Shown piece by piece: positions 18,259 through 28,255 of a DNA stretch of 64,000 bases; position 1 is the stretch's first letter; every line of letters starts with the position of its first letter. Both the position numbers and the translations under genes were made by a program. Below the pieces are notes generated by a model. The model made no database searches. It saw nothing but the letters and a program-made list of their open reading frames with translations, and had not been told where the DNA came from. The DNA lies in IMG/VR virus record IMGVR_UViG_3300005573_001079, positions 1-64,000 of that record; one strand, written 5' to 3'. Source of the DNA: an uncultured virus (IMG/VR IMGVR_UViG_3300005573_001079). Lineage: Duplodnaviria; Heunggongvirae; Uroviricota; Caudoviricetes.

Positions 18259-19999
18259 ATACTCCTCTACTAATTCTTATCTTACTTAAAATTTTATTTA
18301 GTTCTTCTCTTGGAAGTTTAGATAATGGAGTATTTTTTAAGTATAAAGCTCCTCCAACATAACGAAGATTTCCTAATGATTGAATTTGAGAGTTTTGTAA
18401 GTATAAATTCCATTCTACATATTTGAGGTTTCCTAAAGATTGAATAGGAGTGTTTGATAAATTCAAATAACCACCAACACGTTCAAGATTTCCTAATGAT
18501 TGAATAGGAGTGTTTTGTAAATTTAAATCTCTGTCAACTCGTTCAAGATTTCCTAATGATTGAATAGAAGTTTTACGTAAATCTAAATCTCTCCCAACAT
18601 AACGAAGATTTCCTAAAGATTGAATAGAAGTGTTTTCTAACCATAAATCTTCTTCTACTCTCTCAAGATTTCCTAATGATTGAATAGGAGTATTTGATAA
18701 ATTTAAGCTACCCTTTATATGTTTAAAATTTCCTAACGATTGAATTTGAGTGTTTGCTACATATAAACTTCCACCAATATACTCAAGATTTTCTAATGAT
18801 TGAATAGGAGTGTTATATAAATCTAAATAACCTCCAACATAACGAAGATTTCCTAATGATGGGATAGGAGTGTTTTGTAAATTTAAGCCTAATCCAACGC
18901 GTTCAAGATTTCCTAATGATTGAATAGGAGTGTTATGTAAATCTAAATCCCATTCTATTCGTTCAAGGTTTCCTAACGATTGAATTTGAGAGTTTGATGC
19001 TAATAAACTTTTACCAATATGCTCAAGGTTTCCTAATGATTGAATAGGAGTGTTACGTAAATCTAAATGACCACCAACATAACGAAGATTTCCTAAACTT
19101 TTAATAGAAGAGTTTCGTAAATATGCATCACCTTTTACTTCTCTAATGTTTCCTAAATCTTCAATCCAGTTAATTCCACGTAAATCTAAATCTTCTTCTA
19201 TAACTTCTTGTTGTAAAAGTTTTTGAACTCTTTCTCTTTCTTCTATTCCATCTATTATTTGTGGAATAATAAGCAGGTTGTTAAATTTTAGTTTGTTTAA
19301 CTTATGTACATATGTTTCTCCTTCTACTTTTACTTTACTTAAAATTTTATTTAGTTCTTCTTCTGGAAGTTCGGATAAAGGCGTGTCTTGTAAGTATAAG
19401 TTTTTTCCAACATAATTGAGATTTCCTAATGACTGAATAGGAGTGTCGGATAAATCTAAATTTCCTCCAACATATTCAAGATTTCCTAAGGATTGAATTT
19501 GGGTGCTTTGTAAACTTAAACTGCCTTCAACTCTTTCAAGTCTTCCTAATGATTGAATAGGAGTGTCGGATAACCATAAATCTCCGTAAACCTCTTTAAG
19601 ATTTCCTAAAGATTGAATGGAGGTTTCACGTAAATCTAAATTTCCTCCAGCATATTCAAGATTTCCTAATGATTGAATAGGGGTATCCTCTGCGTATAAA
19701 TTTCCTCCAATATATTTAAGATTTCCTAATGATTCAATAGAAGTATAGTGTAACCATAAACTACCTTCGACTTTTTCAAGATTTCCTAAAGATTGAATAG
19801 AAGAGTGTTGTAAATATACATTACCTCTTACTTCTTTAACATTTCCTAAATCTTCAATCTGATTAGTTTCTTGTAAATTTAAGTCTCCTTCTACAACTTC
19901 TTGTTGTAAAAGTTTTTGAGCTCTTACTCTTTCTTTTTCTAATATTTCATCTGTTTTGCGTGGAATAAATATGTTGTTAAAACTTAGCTTGTTTGACAT
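18248..19999 (-). CDS. LRR array protein, in-frame fusion of two units (583 aa)
   Basis: Internal C-cap/N-cap junction GETYVHKLNKLKFNN. Start moved to the conserved ATG (track start 20014). Confidence 0.92.
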   Translation of the reverse strand: MSNKLSFNNIFIPRKTDEILEKERVRAQKLLQQEVVEGDLNLQETNQIEDLGNVKEVRGNVYLQHSSIQSLGNLEKVEGSLWLHYTSIESLGNLKYIGGNLYAEDTPIQSLGNLEYAGGNLDLRETSIQSLGNLKEVYGDLWLSDTPIQSLGRLERVEGSLSLQSTQIQSLGNLEYVGGNLDLSDTPIQSLGNLNYVGKNLYLQDTPLSELPEEELNKILSKVKVEGETYVHKLNKLKFNNLLIIPQIIDGIEERERVQKLLQQEVIEEDLDLRGINWIEDLGNIREVKGDAYLRNSSIKSLGNLRYVGGHLDLRNTPIQSLGNLEHIGKSLLASNSQIQSLGNLERIEWDLDLHNTPIQSLGNLERVGLGLNLQNTPIPSLGNLRYVGGYLDLYNTPIQSLENLEYIGGSLYVANTQIQSLGNFKHIKGSLNLSNTPIQSLGNLERVEEDLWLENTSIQSLGNLRYVGRDLDLRKTSIQSLGNLERVDRDLNLQNTPIQSLGNLERVGGYLNLSNTPIQSLGNLKYVEWNLYLQNSQIQSLGNLRYVGGALYLKNTPLSKLPREELNKILSKIRISRGVYVE

Positions 20000-20507
20000 A
20001 TGCTTTTCCTCCAATTTTTATTTTGTTTAAAATTATATTTAGTTCTTCTTTTGGAAGTCTTGATAAAGGAGTGTTTTGTAAGAATAAATCCCATCCTACA
20101 TACTTAAGATTTCCTAATGATTGAATAGGAGTATTGCGTAAGAATAAATCCCATCCTACATATTCAAGATTTCCTAATGATTGAATAGGAGTATTGCGTA
20201 AATCTAAATCTCCTCCAACGTGGCGAAGATTTCCTAACGATTGAATAGGAGTATTTTGTAAATTTAAGTCTGCCTCAACATATTCAAGATTTCCTAAACT
20301 TTTAATAGAAGAGTTTTGTAAGTATAAATCTCCTTTTACTTCTTTAATATTTCCTAAATCTTCAATCCAATTAATTCCATGTAAATCTAAATCTCCTTCT
20401 ACGACTTTTTGTTGTAGAATCTTTTGAATTCTCATTCTTTCTTTTTCTTCTATTTTATCTATCTTACGTGGAATAAATATGTTATCAAAACTTAGTTTGT
20501 TTGACAT
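19977..20507 (-). CDS. LRR array protein (176 aa)
   Basis: N-cap, LRRs and C-cap with a QAKF extension. Confidence 0.93.
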   Translation of the reverse strand: MSNKLSFDNIFIPRKIDKIEEKERMRIQKILQQKVVEGDLDLHGINWIEDLGNIKEVKGDLYLQNSSIKSLGNLEYVEADLNLQNTPIQSLGNLRHVGGDLDLRNTPIQSLGNLEYVGWDLFLRNTPIQSLGNLKYVGWDLFLQNTPLSRLPKEELNIILNKIKIGGKAYVKQAKF

Positions 20508-21258
20508 ATACTCTTTTTCCGATTTCTATTTTACTTAAAATTTTGTTTAGTTCTTCTTTCGAAAGTTTAGATAAAAGTGTGTTTTGTAAGTATAAGTTTT
20601 TTCCAACATAACGAAGATTTCCTAAAGATTGGATGGAAGTGTCTGATAAACCTAAACTTCCTCCTACATGTTTAAGATTTCCTAGTGATTGAATAGGAGT
20701 GTTGGATAACCATAAATTTCCTCCTACATGTTGAAGATTTCCTAATGACTGAATAGGAGTGTTTTGTAAATGTAAGTCTGCTCCAACATATTCAAGGTTT
20801 CCTAATGATTGGATTTGAGAGTTTTGTAAGTATAAACTCCACCCTACATATTTAAGATTTCCTAATGATTGAATGGGAATGTTTTCTAACCGTAAACTGC
20901 CTCCAACTTTTTCAAGATTTCCTAATGATTGAATAGGGGTATTTTGTAACCATAAACTGTTTCCAACATACTTAAGCTTTCCTAAACTTTTGATGGAAGA
21001 ACCATGTAAGTATAAATGGCCTCTTACTTCTCTAATATTTCCTAAATCTTCGATCCAATTAATTCCGTGTAAATCTAAATCTCCTCTTACTTCTCTAATA
21101 TTTCCTAAATCTTCAATCCAATTAATTCCATGTAAATCTAAGTCTCCTTCTACGACTTCTTGTTGTAAAAGTCTTTGAATTCTCATTTTTTCTTTTTCTT
21201 CTATTTCATCTATCTTGCGTGGAATAAATATGTTGTCAAAACTTAGTTTATTTAACAT
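20485..21258 (-). CDS. LRR array protein (257 aa, duplicated first 21-aa repeat)
   Basis: DLDLHGINWIEDLGNIREVRG occurs twice. Confidence 0.93.
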   Translation of the reverse strand: MLNKLSFDNIFIPRKIDEIEEKEKMRIQRLLQQEVVEGDLDLHGINWIEDLGNIREVRGDLDLHGINWIEDLGNIREVRGHLYLHGSSIKSLGKLKYVGNSLWLQNTPIQSLGNLEKVGGSLRLENIPIQSLGNLKYVGWSLYLQNSQIQSLGNLEYVGADLHLQNTPIQSLGNLQHVGGNLWLSNTPIQSLGNLKHVGGSLGLSDTSIQSLGNLRYVGKNLYLQNTLLSKLSKEELNKILSKIEIGKRVYVKQTKF

Positions 21259-22066
21259 ATACTTCTCCTTCGATTTCTATCTTACTTAAAATTTTGTTTA
21301 GTTCTTCTTTTGGAAGTTTAGATAATGGAGTATTTCTTAAGTCTATCCATCCTCTGACATACTTAAGTTTTCCTAAAGATTGAATTTGAGAATCGTGTAA
21401 ATCTAAATAACCTCCAACATGTTGAAGATTTCCTAATAATCGGATTTGAGAGTTTCGTAAATCTAAATAACCTCCGACATATTCAAGATTTCCTAATGAT
21501 TGAATAGAAGTATTTTGTAAATATAAATCTTCTCCAACATATTGAAGATTTCCTAAAGATTGAATAGGAGTGTTTTCTAAATCTAAACTCTTTCCAACGT
21601 ATTGAAGATTTCCTAATGATTGAATAGGAGTGTTATATAAATTTAAATAATCTTCAACATAACGAAGATTTCCTAATGATTGAATTTGAGAATTTTCTAA
21701 ACGTAAATCTCCTTCTACTCTTTCAAGGTTTTCTAATGATCGAATAGGAGTGTTATATATCCATAAATTTCTTCCAACATATTCAAGATTTCCTAATGAT
21801 TGGATTTGAGAATTTTCTAAATGTAAATTTCCATCTACTCTTTCAAGATTTCTTAAACTTTTAATGGGGGAATCACTTAAATTTAAATTCCCTCTTACTT
21901 CTCTAATATTTCCTAAATCTTCAATCCAGTCAATTCTACGTAAATCTAAATCTCCTTCTATGATTTCTTGTTGAAGAATCTGTTGAATTCTCGTTTTTTC
22001 TTTTTCTTCTATTTCATCTATCTTACGAGGAATAAATATGTTATTAAAACTTAGTTTATTCAACAT
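21248..22066 (-). CDS. LRR array protein (272 aa)
   Basis: Start moved to the conserved ATG (track start 22081). Confidence 0.93.
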   Translation of the reverse strand: MLNKLSFNNIFIPRKIDEIEEKEKTRIQQILQQEIIEGDLDLRRIDWIEDLGNIREVRGNLNLSDSPIKSLRNLERVDGNLHLENSQIQSLGNLEYVGRNLWIYNTPIRSLENLERVEGDLRLENSQIQSLGNLRYVEDYLNLYNTPIQSLGNLQYVGKSLDLENTPIQSLGNLQYVGEDLYLQNTSIQSLGNLEYVGGYLDLRNSQIRLLGNLQHVGGYLDLHDSQIQSLGKLKYVRGWIDLRNTPLSKLPKEELNKILSKIEIEGEVYVK

Positions 22067-22694
22067 ATACTCCTCCGCCAATTTCTATCTTACTTAAAAT
22101 TTTGTTTAGTTCTTTTTTTGGAAGTTCTAATAATGGATTATTTCGTAAGTCTATCCATCCTCCAACATATTCAAGATTTCCTAATGATTGAATTTGAGAG
22201 TTTTGTAAATCTAAATTCCACCCTACATATTGAAGATTTCCTAAAGATTGAATAGAGGTATTACGTAAATCTAAACTCCCTCCTATGTGTTGAAGATTTC
22301 CTAATGATTGGATTTGAGAGTTTTGTAGTAATAAGTTTTCACCAATATACTCAAGATTTCCTAATGATTGAATAGGAGTGTTTTGTAAACATAACCACCC
22401 TCCAACATAACGAAGATTTCCTAAGGATTGAATTTGAGAATTGTCTAACCATAAATCTCCTTCAACTCTTTCAAGTTTTCCTAAACTTTTAATAGAAGAG
22501 TTTCGTAAATATGCATTACCTTTTACTTCTCTAATATTTCCTAAATCTTCAATCCAGTTAATTTCACGTAAATCTAAATCTCCTTCTATAATTTCTTGTT
22601 GAAGAATCTTTTGAATTTTCGTTTTTTCTTTTTCTTCTATTTCATCTATTCTACGTGGAATGAATATGTTATTGAAACTTAACTTATTCAACAT
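22056..22694 (-). CDS. LRR array protein (212 aa)
   Basis: Start moved to the conserved ATG (track start 22709). Confidence 0.93.
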   Translation of the reverse strand: MLNKLSFNNIFIPRRIDEIEEKEKTKIQKILQQEIIEGDLDLREINWIEDLGNIREVKGNAYLRNSSIKSLGKLERVEGDLWLDNSQIQSLGNLRYVGGWLCLQNTPIQSLGNLEYIGENLLLQNSQIQSLGNLQHIGGSLDLRNTSIQSLGNLQYVGWNLDLQNSQIQSLGNLEYVGGWIDLRNNPLLELPKKELNKILSKIEIGGGVYVE

Positions 22695-23502
22695 ATACTT
22701 CTCCTCCAATTTCTATCTTACTTAAGATTCTATTTAATTCTTCTTCTGGAAGTTTTGATAATGGAGTATTTTGTAAGTCTAACCTCCACCTTACGTACTC
22801 GAGATTTCCTAATGATTGAATAGGAGTGTTTTGTAAATCTAAAGACAGTCCTACATATCTGAGATTTCCTAATGATTGAATTTGAGAGTTTTGCAAGTAT
22901 AAATTATATCCTACATATTTGAGATTTCCTAATGATTGGATGGGGGTATTGCGTAAATCTAAATCTCCTTCAACATGTTTAAGATTTCCTAAAGATTGAA
23001 TAGGAGTATTTTGTAAGTATAAGTTTTCTCCAACATATCTAAGATTTCCTAATGACTGAATAGGAGTATTACGTAAATCTAAAGACTTTCCGACACACTC
23101 AAGTTTTCCTAAGGATTGAATAGGAGTATTTTGTAAATCTAAATAATTACCAACTTGTTTAAGATTTCCTAATGATTGAATAGGAGTATTGTATAGCCAT
23201 AAATCTCCATTAACTTGTTTAAGATTTCCTAAAGATTGAATTTGAGAATTGTGTAACAATAAACTGCCTTCAACTTTTTCAAGTCTTCCTAAACTTTTAA
23301 TAGAAGAGTTTTGTAAATATACATTACCTCTTACTTCTCTAACATTTCCTAAATCTTCGATCCAGTCAATTTCTTGTAAATCTAAACTTCCTTCTACGAC
23401 TTCTTGTTGTAAAAGTCTTCGAATTCTTGCTCTTTCTTTTTCTTCTATTTCATCTATTCTACGTGGAATAAATATGTTATCAAAACTTAGTTTATTCAAC
23501 AT
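22684..23502 (-). CDS. LRR array protein (272 aa)
   Basis: N-cap, LRRs and C-cap. Confidence 0.93.
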   Translation of the reverse strand: MLNKLSFDNIFIPRRIDEIEEKERARIRRLLQQEVVEGSLDLQEIDWIEDLGNVREVRGNVYLQNSSIKSLGRLEKVEGSLLLHNSQIQSLGNLKQVNGDLWLYNTPIQSLGNLKQVGNYLDLQNTPIQSLGKLECVGKSLDLRNTPIQSLGNLRYVGENLYLQNTPIQSLGNLKHVEGDLDLRNTPIQSLGNLKYVGYNLYLQNSQIQSLGNLRYVGLSLDLQNTPIQSLGNLEYVRWRLDLQNTPLSKLPEEELNRILSKIEIGGEVYVE

Positions 23503-24250
23503 ATACTTCTCCTCCGATTTCTATCTTACTTAAGATTCTATTTAATTCTTCTTCTGGAAGTTTTGATAAAGATGTGTTTCGTAAGTATAAGTCTTTTCCA
23601 ACATAACGAAGATTTCCTAAAGATTGAATAGAAGTATTACGTAAACTTAACCATTCTCCAATACGTTCAAGATTTCCTAATGATTGAATAGGAGTATCTC
23701 TTAGGTCTAACCATCCTCTAACATAATGAAGATTTCCTAAGGATTGAATAGAAGCTTTTTGTAAATCTAACCACGATCCTACATATTCGAGATTTCCTAA
23801 TGATTGAATAGGAGTGTTGTGTAAATCTAAATAACCACCAACATAACGAAGATTCCCTAATGATTGAATAGGAGTGCTTTCTAAATCTAAATTACCTTCA
23901 ACTCGTTCAAGTTTTTCTAATGATTGAATAGGAGTGTTGCGTAAATTTAAATCTTCTCCAACATAACGAAGATTTCCTAATGATTGAATAGGAGTGTTTG
24001 AGGCTAATAAACTTTCACCAATATACTCAAGATTTTCTAAACTTTTAATGGAAGAGTTTCGTAAATCTAAATTCCCTCTTACTTCTCTAACATTTCCTAA
24101 ATCTTCGATCTGATTAATCCCTTGTAAATCTAAATCTCCTTCTATGATTTCTTGTTGTAGAAGTTTTTGAATTCTCGTTTTTTCTTTTTCTTCTATTTCA
24201 TCTATTTTACGTGGAATGAATATACCATTAAAGCTTAGTTTATCTAACAT
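23492..24250 (-). CDS. LRR array protein (252 aa)
   Basis: Start moved to the conserved ATG (track start 24265). Confidence 0.93.
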   Translation of the reverse strand: MLDKLSFNGIFIPRKIDEIEEKEKTRIQKLLQQEIIEGDLDLQGINQIEDLGNVREVRGNLDLRNSSIKSLENLEYIGESLLASNTPIQSLGNLRYVGEDLNLRNTPIQSLEKLERVEGNLDLESTPIQSLGNLRYVGGYLDLHNTPIQSLGNLEYVGSWLDLQKASIQSLGNLHYVRGWLDLRDTPIQSLGNLERIGEWLSLRNTSIQSLGNLRYVGKDLYLRNTSLSKLPEEELNRILSKIEIGGEVYVE

Positions 24251-24815
24251 ATACTTCTCCACCAATTTCTATTTTGTTTAAAATTATATTTAGTTCTTTT
24301 CTTGGAAGTTTTGATAATGGAGTATTTCTTAAGTATAAACATGCTCCAACATACTTAAGTTTTCCCAATGATTGAATAGGAGTGTTTTCTAAATCTAAAC
24401 TCTCTCCTACGTGTTGAAGATTTCCCAATGATTGGATTTGAGAATTGTCTAACCATAGATTCCCATTAACTCGTTCAAGATTTCCTAATGATTGAATAGG
24501 AGTATTGTATAACCATAAATCCCCATTAACTTTTTTAAGATTCCCTAAAGATTGAATTTGAGAATTGTATAACCATAAACTTTTTTCAACATACTCTAGT
24601 TTTCCTAAACTTTTAATAGAAGAGTTTTGTAAGTATAAATTACCTCTTACTTCTCTAATATTTCCTAAATCTTCGATCCAGTTAATTCCGGGTAAATCTA
24701 AACTTCCTTCTACAACTTCTTGTTGAAGAATCTTTTGAATTCTCGTTTTTTCTTTTTCTTCTATTTCATCTATTCTACGTGGAATAAATATGTCGTTAAA
24801 ACTTAGTTTATACAT
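24240..24815 (-). CDS. LRR array protein (191 aa)
   Basis: N-cap one codon shorter (MYKLSF); 8-nt overlap with the upstream gene. Confidence 0.93.
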   Translation of the reverse strand: MYKLSFNDIFIPRRIDEIEEKEKTRIQKILQQEVVEGSLDLPGINWIEDLGNIREVRGNLYLQNSSIKSLGKLEYVEKSLWLYNSQIQSLGNLKKVNGDLWLYNTPIQSLGNLERVNGNLWLDNSQIQSLGNLQHVGESLDLENTPIQSLGKLKYVGACLYLRNTPLSKLPRKELNIILNKIEIGGEVYVR

Positions 24816-25683
24816 ATATCCCCTCTTCTATTTCTATCTTACTTAAAATTCTATTTAATTCTTCTTTTGGAAGTTTTGATAATGGAGTATCTCTTAAGTC
24901 TATCCATCCTCTAACATACTCAAGTTTTCCTAAAGATTGAATTTGAGAGTTTTGTAAATCTAAATTCCCTCCTACTTGTTGGAGATTTCCTAATGATTGA
25001 ATAGGAGTGTTGTGTAAATCTAAAGATTGTCCTACATAACGAAGATTTCCTAATGATTGAATTTGAGAATTTTCTAACTGTAAGTCTTCGTCAACTTGTT
25101 CAAGATTTCCTAATGATTGAATAGGGGTATCGTGTAAATCTAAATAACCACCAACATAACGAAGATTTCCCAAGGATTGAATGGAAGTATGGTCTAACCA
25201 TAAATCTCTGTCAACTCGTTCAAGATTTCCTAATGATTGAATGGGGGTGTTTGCTAAATCTAAACTTCCCTCTACATATTTAAGATTTCCTAATGATTGA
25301 ATTTGAGAATTTTCTAAATGTAAATTTCCATCTACTCTTTCAAGATTTCCTAATGATTGAATTTGAGAATTTTCTAAATGTAAATTTCCATCTACTCTTT
25401 CAAGATTTCCTAATGATTGAATAGGAGAGTTTTCTAAGCGTAAATCTCCATCTACTCTTTCAAGCTTTCCTAAACGTTTAATAGAAGAGTCTTGTAAGTA
25501 TAAATTACCTCTTACTTCTCTAACGTTTCCTAAATCTTCGATCCAGTCAATTCTAGATAAATCTAACCATCCTTCTATGATTTCTTGTTGCAGAAGTTTT
25601 CGAATTTTCTTTTTTTCTCTTTCTTCTATTTCATCTATTCTACGAGGGATAAATATGTTGTTAAAGCTTGGTTTATTTAACAT
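24808..25683 (-). CDS. LRR array protein (291 aa)
   Basis: Contains a perfect 60-nt tandem duplication. Confidence 0.93.
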   Translation of the reverse strand: MLNKPSFNNIFIPRRIDEIEEREKKKIRKLLQQEIIEGWLDLSRIDWIEDLGNVREVRGNLYLQDSSIKRLGKLERVDGDLRLENSPIQSLGNLERVDGNLHLENSQIQSLGNLERVDGNLHLENSQIQSLGNLKYVEGSLDLANTPIQSLGNLERVDRDLWLDHTSIQSLGNLRYVGGYLDLHDTPIQSLGNLEQVDEDLQLENSQIQSLGNLRYVGQSLDLHNTPIQSLGNLQQVGGNLDLQNSQIQSLGKLEYVRGWIDLRDTPLSKLPKEELNRILSKIEIEEGIYV

Positions 25684-26371
25684 ATACTTCTCCTTCGATT
25701 TCTATCTTACTTAAAATTTTATTTAGTTCTTCTTCTGGAAGTTTTGATAAAGGAGTATTTCGTAAGTATAAGTCTTTTCCAACATAACGAAGATTTCCTA
25801 AAGATTGAATAGGAGTGTTTCTTAAGTCTAGCCATCTTCCAACGTGTTGAAGATTTCCTAATGATTGAATAGGAGTGTTTTGTAAATCTAAAGACTGTCC
25901 AACGTACTTAAGATTTCCTAATGATTGAATTTGAGAGTTTTTTAACCATAAACCTTCCCCAACATGACAAAGATTTCCTAATGATTGGATTTGAGAATTA
26001 TGTAAATCTAAATAACCACCAACATATTGAAGATTTCCTAATGACTGAATAGGAACATTGAGTAAATATAAAGACTGTCCCACATATTGAAGATTTCCTA
26101 AAGATTGGATTTGAATACTGTATAACCATAAATCTCCATCAACTCTTTCAAGCTTCCCTAAACTTTTAATGGAAGAGTTTTGTAAATATACATTGCCTTT
26201 TACTTCTCTAATGTTTCCTAAATCTTCAATACAGTTAATTTCGTGTAAATCTAAGTCCCCTTCTACGACTTCTGGCCGTAGAAGTTTTTGAATTCTCATT
26301 TTTTCTTTTTCTTCTATTTCATCTATCTTACGTGGAATAAATATGTTATCAAAACTTAGTTTATCTAACAT
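25673..26371 (-). CDS. LRR array protein (232 aa)
   Basis: N-cap, LRRs and C-cap. Confidence 0.93.
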   Translation of the reverse strand: MLDKLSFDNIFIPRKIDEIEEKEKMRIQKLLRPEVVEGDLDLHEINCIEDLGNIREVKGNVYLQNSSIKSLGKLERVDGDLWLYSIQIQSLGNLQYVGQSLYLLNVPIQSLGNLQYVGGYLDLHNSQIQSLGNLCHVGEGLWLKNSQIQSLGNLKYVGQSLDLQNTPIQSLGNLQHVGRWLDLRNTPIQSLGNLRYVGKDLYLRNTPLSKLPEEELNKILSKIEIEGEVYVK

Positions 26372-27119
26372 ATACTTTTCCTCTAATTTCTATCTTACTT
26401 AAGATTCTATTTAATTCTTCTTCTGGAAGTTCTGATAATGAGGTATTTTGCAAGTATAAGTTTTTTCCAACATAATGAAGATCACCTAAAGATTGAATTT
26501 GAGAGTTTTGTAAATCTAAATTCCACCCTACATAATGAAGATTTCCTAATGATTGAATAGGAGTGTTTGATGCAAATAAACTTTCGCCAATATACTCAAG
26601 ATTTCTTAATGATTGAATAGGAGTATTTTGTAAGTATAAACTACGTCCTACATGTTCAAGATTTCCTAATGATTGAATTTGAGAGTTTCGTAAATCTAAC
26701 CATCCTCTAATATAATAAAGATTTCCTAATGATTGAATAGAAGTGTTACGTAAATTTAAATAACCTCCAACATATTCGAGATTTTCTAATGATTGAATAA
26801 AAGTGTTTTCTAAATCTAAACTACCTTCAACTCGTTCAAGATTTCCTAATGATTGAATGGGAGTGTTTTCTAACCATAAATCTCCGTTAACTTGTTTAAG
26901 ATTTCCTAAACTTTTAATGGAAGAGTTTTGTAAATATACATTACCTCTTACTTCTTTAACATTTCCTAAATCTTCGATCCAGTTAATTCCGCGTAAATCT
27001 AAATCTCCTTCTATGACTTCTTGTTGAAGAATCTTTTGAATTCTCGTTTTTTCTTTTTCTTCTATTTCATCAAGTTTACGTGGAATGAATATGTTGTTAA
27101 AACTTAGTTTATTTAACAT
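26361..27119 (-). CDS. LRR array protein (252 aa)
   Basis: N-cap, LRRs and C-cap. Confidence 0.93.
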   Translation of the reverse strand: MLNKLSFNNIFIPRKLDEIEEKEKTRIQKILQQEVIEGDLDLRGINWIEDLGNVKEVRGNVYLQNSSIKSLGNLKQVNGDLWLENTPIQSLGNLERVEGSLDLENTFIQSLENLEYVGGYLNLRNTSIQSLGNLYYIRGWLDLRNSQIQSLGNLEHVGRSLYLQNTPIQSLRNLEYIGESLFASNTPIQSLGNLHYVGWNLDLQNSQIQSLGDLHYVGKNLYLQNTSLSELPEEELNRILSKIEIRGKVYVR

Positions 27120-27687
27120 ATACTTTTCTTCTAATTTCTATCTTACTTAAAATTTTATTTAGTTCTTCTTTTGGAAGTTTTGATAAAGGAGTATTTTGTA
27201 AGTATAAGTCTTTTCTAACATACTCAAGATTTCCTAATGATTGAATTGGAGTATTTTGTAAATATAAATAACCTCCAACATATTCAAGATTTCCTAATGA
27301 TTGAATAGGAGTATTTTGTAAGTATAAACTCCGCCCTACATATTTAAGATTTCCTAATGATTGAATAGGAGTATTTTGTAACCATAAACTGCCTCCAACA
27401 TAACGAAGATTTCCTAATGATTGAATAGAAGTGTTTTCTAACCATAAACTGCCTTCGACCTTTTCAAGATTTCCTAAACTTTTAATGGAAGAATCATTTA
27501 AGTATAAATCTCCTTTTACTTCTCTAATATTTCCTAAATCTTCGATCCAGTTAATTCCACGTAAATCTAAATCTCCTTCTATGATTTCTTGTTGAAGAAT
27601 CTTTTGAATTCTCGTTTTTTCTTTTTCTTCTATTTCATCAAGTTTACGTGGAATAAATATGTTATCAAAACTTAGTTTATCTAACAT
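27109..27687 (-). CDS. LRR array protein (192 aa)
   Basis: Start moved to the conserved ATG (track start 27702). Confidence 0.93.
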   Translation of the reverse strand: MLDKLSFDNIFIPRKLDEIEEKEKTRIQKILQQEIIEGDLDLRGINWIEDLGNIREVKGDLYLNDSSIKSLGNLEKVEGSLWLENTSIQSLGNLRYVGGSLWLQNTPIQSLGNLKYVGRSLYLQNTPIQSLGNLEYVGGYLYLQNTPIQSLGNLEYVRKDLYLQNTPLSKLPKEELNKILSKIEIRRKVYVK

Positions 27688-28255
27688 GTACTTCTTGTCC
27701 AATTTCTATCTTACTTAAAATTTTATTTAGTTCTTTTTTTGGAAGTTTAGATAATGGAGTATTTTGTAAGTATAATCTCCTTCCAACATATTCGAGATTT
27801 CCTAATGATTGAATAGGAGTATTATTCAACCATAAACTGCTTCCAACATAACGAAGATTTCCTAATGATTGGATTTGAGAATTGTGTAAATCAAAATGAC
27901 CTCCTACATATTTAAGATTCCCTAATGATTGAATAGAAGTATTACGTAAATCTAAACTCCCTCCAACATAACGAAGATTTCCTAATGATTGAACGAGAGT
28001 ATTTTCTAACCATAAATCACCTCCAACCCTTTCAAGATTTCCTAAACTTTTAATAGAAGAATCGTGTAAATCTAAACTGCCTCTTACTTCTTTAACATTT
28101 CCTAAATCTTCAATCCAATTAATTCCATATAAATCTAAATCTCCTTCTATGATTTCTTGTTGAAGAATCTTTTGAATTCTCGTTTTTTCTTTTTCTTCTA
28201 TTTCATCTATTTTACGTGGAATGAATATATTATCAAAACTTAGTTTATTCAACAT
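27677..28255 (-). CDS. LRR array protein (192 aa)
   Basis: N-cap, LRRs and C-cap. Confidence 0.93.
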   Translation of the reverse strand: MLNKLSFDNIFIPRKIDEIEEKEKTRIQKILQQEIIEGDLDLYGINWIEDLGNVKEVRGSLDLHDSSIKSLGNLERVGGDLWLENTLVQSLGNLRYVGGSLDLRNTSIQSLGNLKYVGGHFDLHNSQIQSLGNLRYVGSSLWLNNTPIQSLGNLEYVGRRLYLQNTPLSKLPKKELNKILSKIEIGQEVHVR

